From Azolla caroliniana (lineage: Eukaryota; Plantae; Polypodiophyta), in NCBI GenBank assembly GCA_043228905.1, contig JBHGNT010000002.1, positions 5,828,001 to 5,892,000 of the forward strand: DNA of 64,000 nucleotides, written 5' to 3'. A model generated the notes under the pieces. It saw nothing but the letters and a program-made list of their open reading frames with translations. It was not told the origin of the DNA and did not search any database. Shown here in pieces: positions 59,453 through 64,000 of the stretch. Position 1 is the stretch's first letter, and every line of letters begins with the position of its first letter. A program made the position numbers and the translations under genes.

Positions 59453-62187
59453 TGTCATGATATGGCAAGACTCGAACCCATGACTTTATGTTACATGGGT
59501 CGAGCTCTTACCATTAAGCTATGTATTATAATATGAAGGATATTATTTTCATTTAAGTTTTAGTATAGAAAATTGATGTATATTCTAGATTTATCTAGAA
59601 CGTTCTAGAAACTTCAGGAGTTCTCTTGAGAACACTATAAAAGGAGGCAGAAGGCATTATTTCGAACCAAATCAGTTCAACGGTAGTCTTAAGCCTCCTA
59701 GCCTTGTATATTCTTCTCACATAATATATCGTTGTCATCATCATTTTCTCTCTCTCGATATCTCTCGCTCCCACACTCTCTCTCTCCTTCTCTCGAGTGT
59801 TGTACACCCTCTATCCCTCTTAGTACTAATATTCCTCTCTTAGTACTAATATCTTCTCTGTCTCAGTTTGAACTGATTTTGGTCTCCTCCTTTCCTCCTC
59901 TTCCTTTTATCTTCTTACGTCTCCCTCCCTTCATACTAATCTCTTATTCCTCTTTCATCTCATCCTATGGCCACTGTTAGCACTCAGGAATATCAATCTA
60001 TTTTATCGGAGTTGCAATGCTTGAAAGAGAAGTTCCTTGCTTTGGAACAAGAAAATCCATGGTTGTTGGGAGATCTTCAACAAATCTCCTTAGGAAAGCA
60101 GCAAACGCAACAACAACATGGGGAACTTGCATTACACGTGCAACAACTCGAAGCAACCATCGTAGCGATGCAACAACAAGGACCCAGTACGCAAGGGATT
60201 CATAAAGAACCCAAGATCGGCCTTCCCATGAAATTCAATGGAACACGATCGCAGTTTCAATGGTACGATTAGTCATTCAAATGCATCCTTCCTGATATCC
60301 CACTGATGCATCACGAGTGGGTTTAGTAGGCAGGTTATTAAATGGCTCGGCGTTGGCATGGTTCGCTCCATTGTTAGAAAAGGAATCCCCATTACTAAAC
60401 AATTTTGAAGAGTTTATAAGTGGGTTTAAAGCCTGTTTTGGAGATAATGACAGCATAAGGACAACAATCACTAAAATCCGACGATTAGGTCAAGGTGATC
60501 GTCTAGCCTCCGCATACGCTGCAGATTTTTGTCTACTCGCCTCCGATATCCCCTAGGATGACCAAGCATTACTGGAGCAATTTCGTTATGTTCTACGCAA
60601 TGATGTGAAGGATTTACTCTTGACCTTTCTCGAAGAACCAAAGTCATTAACAGAAGCAATTAGTCGCGAAGTGAGATGCGATAATCGCCCAAATCTAGCG
60701 AACAAATTTGATGTGCTTAGTCAGTTAGAAGAAGAGTTACACGACTAAGTCCACACAAAATAGGAGCCGTTTGGTTGGATAGCCCTAGATCTGTCCAACC
60801 CATTAGTGGTTCCATTTTCTTTAAGCAAGTTAGCAATGTGTTCTTAGCTCAAGTAACAGTTAGTACTAAAAGTACCTCTTAAGTACATGTCTTACCAGTC
60901 CTAGATTCCGGAGCTAATTCTTGCTTCATGGAAAGGAATTGGAAGTTTGCCCAAGCTCATCAGTTTTTCCTAAGAAAACTCTCGTGTCCAGAATCTTTGG
61001 TAGTCATTGATGGTCATCCCATTGCTTCCAGAAATATCATAGAAGAGTCAGAGCCCGTTAATATTGTCTTAGATAACTTAGCATGTGTAGTATCATTTAA
61101 TATAATTAGTATCCCAGAACATCCCATTGTTTTGGGATTACCATGGTTTGAATTACATAACCCAGACATAGATTGGAAAACAAGAGAAATCCGGTGTCGA
61201 CAAACCCAAGGATCTACTCATAAGATTGCAACCATTTCGCTACATCAGTTGCATGACGAAGGACGCAAGGAAGAAATGTTTGTCTTCGCAATATCAGTAA
61301 AACCCTCTAGCACCACTAAAGAGGAGTCTGCCGTTCAACTTCCAGAGAAGTATCGTCATTATGTCGATGTGTTCAATAAAGTACAAGCCAATACGCTTCC
61401 TCACCATCGACCGTATGATTGCCCCATCGATTTACAACCGGGAAAAGAGCCACCATGGGTACCGATATACAATTTGTCACCAACCGAGCTGGAAGTCCTT
61501 CGAGCCTATATAGAGCAAAATTTGGTAAATAGTTTCCTTCGACATTCGAAATCTCCAGCTGACGCACCCATTTTCTTCGTCAAGAAAAAGGATGGATCAC
61601 TTTGTCTCATCGTAGATTACCGAGGATTGAATAAAGTCACCATCAAGAATAGGTATGCACTTCCCCTTATCTCAAGTCTTTTAGAACGGATCAATGGTGC
61701 AAGGTTCTTCACAAAGATTGACTTACGAGGGTATGAATGGAAGACCAGGTTTCGCACCAGATATGGGCACTTTGAGTATACAGTCATGCCATTCGGCCTC
61801 ACTAATGCACCAACAGTCTTCCAGCACATGGCAAATTATATATTTCGAGATCTCTTAGATGTTTGTTTGATCATCTATTTGGATGATCTACTGGTTTATT
61901 GAAGACCCAAGAAGAGCATGATTCTCATGTACTGTTAGTACTAAAACGACTTCAAGAACATGGTCTTTATGCAAACCTAGAATAATGTAGTTTCGGGGGC
62001 AACCAAGTAGAATTTCTAGTCTATGTCATTTCCTTAGGAGGCATCTCCATGGATTCAGCTAAGGTCAAAACATTGGTAAAGTGACAGACTCCACGTTCGT
62101 TGCGAGATGTGCAATGCTTTTTAGGATTTGCCAATTTTTAGCGCAAGTTCATACAGGATTACTCAAAGCTTGTTCTGCCTCTAACAC
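59453..62187 (+). mobile_element. Tcn1-like chromovirus 5' part (LTR 59453-59865, gag, PR, RT), 3'-truncated
   Basis: LTR TGTCATG...TCTCA related to the 44075 family; gag 59967-60690; PR/RT 60928-61902 (IYLDDLLVY). Confidence 0.9.
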
Positions 62188-62334
62188 GTTCGCGTTCACA
62201 AGTGGAAGGATCTAGAGTCAAACCAAATGGTTTGACTCTAGATTATATGTAGGGGATCTCGTTTGCCTTTGACTAGAGCCACCTTGTAGACCTAGTAATT
62301 TTTCTTTTATTATATCTATTGTTGACTTCCTTAA

Positions 62335-64000
62335 TCATCCGGCTTTTGTAAGTGTGAAGTTGTACATGATGATATCCACATAAGAGATATCAAGGGTCGA
62401 GGTGTTATAAATGTTTCGCTTCCTCTTTCTACCTCCTCTTCTTGTTGGGCATTCAATCATCTCCAATGTATACTTACCTGTAAAAGCATTTGCTCTTCTA
62501 GTGTTGTACCAATGAACATTTATAGACTTGATCGTGTTTTCTATTTCATGCATTAGCACTTCTAGAATTTTACCAACCCAAAATTGGTGGCCATGTGAGT
62601 TCTCATCAGCCGGCGTTGCAATCAACATCCCCACCGTGAGCTCTTGCAAATTGCCTTGCCATCTAGCTTCGGCTGCTTTGGTCATCCTTGGTTCCACATA
62701 AATGTCTCTTTCTTGTGGATGGACCAAACTGTCATCAATCACATTTGCTGGTTGCTCCGGAGTTCTATTTACACAATCATTTTGCAGCGACCATGTGAAT
62801 GGCGTTTCCAAATTCCAATTATCACCAAATACACAATTGTCTATAATTCCTTTCTAATCACTATAAAATACATCCCACCATGACGTGTCTTGTTGTGCGG
62901 CATATTTCTTGGCGGCCTCAATATGCTTTCTTTTTCCTTCTAAGGCTTGTAGCCATAACCGTTTTTGTTCCGATACCAAGTCACTCTGCAACTGTCCTTT
63001 CTTCTCAATTGGCATTTGCTTAGCTCCATGTACAATTGTACTCGGCATACAAAGTAATAACTGCCAACCACCTTCAGGTTCCCATGTTGTAGAAGATGAA
63101 TATTTTTTAGCATAGAAAAGTGTAGAACCACTTATTTCATTTTTCTTTATCATAAAAATGTGATTGAAGCTTATATTGTTTAACGGGGCAAGTACTTTAA
63201 CATTCCCAACTCCCCCATCTGATATATATCTCTTAAAGTCATATACCTCCTTCAAGTGTAACACTTTTGGGCGTGGTGTATATGCATCACAAATGATATC
63301 AAATAGTTTAGGTAATGTGAAAGCATCATGCCAAGACAACTATCTAGAGAATGTGCTAAACATCTTATCTATATGATCATGTGTGTGGCCAACCAAAAGA
63401 AAATTGACTTTCACTTTTCTAAACAATCCTTGGTTGACCAACATACTTAGATAGCCAAACACATTTGAATTTTTGTTCTCTCTAGTAGTATTGTCCAATT
63501 GAATGTATAGAATAGGGGGGAAAGGTTGGCCCCAAGACATCAAAACTCGGTGAATCACTATAACTGTTAGGTTAGGGTCATTGTGAACATTGGGGTATGT
63601 AATGAAGACGTGAGGTCCAACAAACCTATTATAAGCCAAGCCTCCCACCAAGTGCATTTGAACAAGGCACTCATTATTGACGTCTTTGGGGAGCCTCCGC
63701 ATATGCGGCAAGCACGTCTTCTTCTGGTCCATGCCATCTATCATTAAGCACATGTATTGTTCGGGCCTCTTCAAACACTTCTCTCTATGTTGCATCGCCT
63801 TCTTTCATTCTAACGATTGTGCCTCACGATGCTCTTGTAGTAACTTCTTACTCATATCCCTTTCCATTGATGTATTTGCACCTTTAGCCAAACTTTTAAC
63901 ATTTGCACAAATGGACCAATACCCCATGCGTACTTTACGTGGAATGATAACATTTGAAAACTGAGCTCTCCATAATCTTGTGAATTGGCTATATGTGATA
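62335..64000 (-). pseudogene. Sola-like DDD transposase pseudogene; 5' part outside the window
   Basis: One frame with in-frame stops; motifs IDGMDQ, QLDNTTRENKN, LLVGHTHDHIDKMFS; upstream C/H-rich segment; C-terminal FWVGKI...VHWY domain. Confidence 0.7.

Noticed and set aside
63370-63395. HTH/HDH in GHTHDHID as an HUH endonuclease (Helitron/Replitron) motif
   Set aside because: The surrounding D...DN...D pattern fits a DDD transposase; no catalytic Tyr motif was seen.

Overview
Repeat-dense eukaryotic DNA, most likely from a non-seed land plant (moss, lycophyte or fern). This is inferred from the mix of Ty1/copia, Tcn1-like chromoviruses, a Phygy-like gag element, an RTEX-like LINE and CACTA/hAT/Sola-like DNA transposons. 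Almost the whole window is nested, decayed transposable elements. The only convincing host gene is a single-exon secreted Pro-Thr-Ile/Val tripeptide-repeat protein (13194-14171). The most notable signals are: (1) several different gypsy LTR families carry a tRNA-like Pol III A-box/B-box module antisense in U3; (2) the Tcn1-like elements have no tRNA PBS and instead show PBS/transcript-start complementarity typical of Tf1-style self-priming; (3) one chromovirus LTR has ~168-bp inverted arms; (4) a microhomology-stitched fold-back retroelement mosaic was inserted without a TSD. All calls were made by eye, with no database searches, so family assignments are inferences and coordinates may be off by a few bases.
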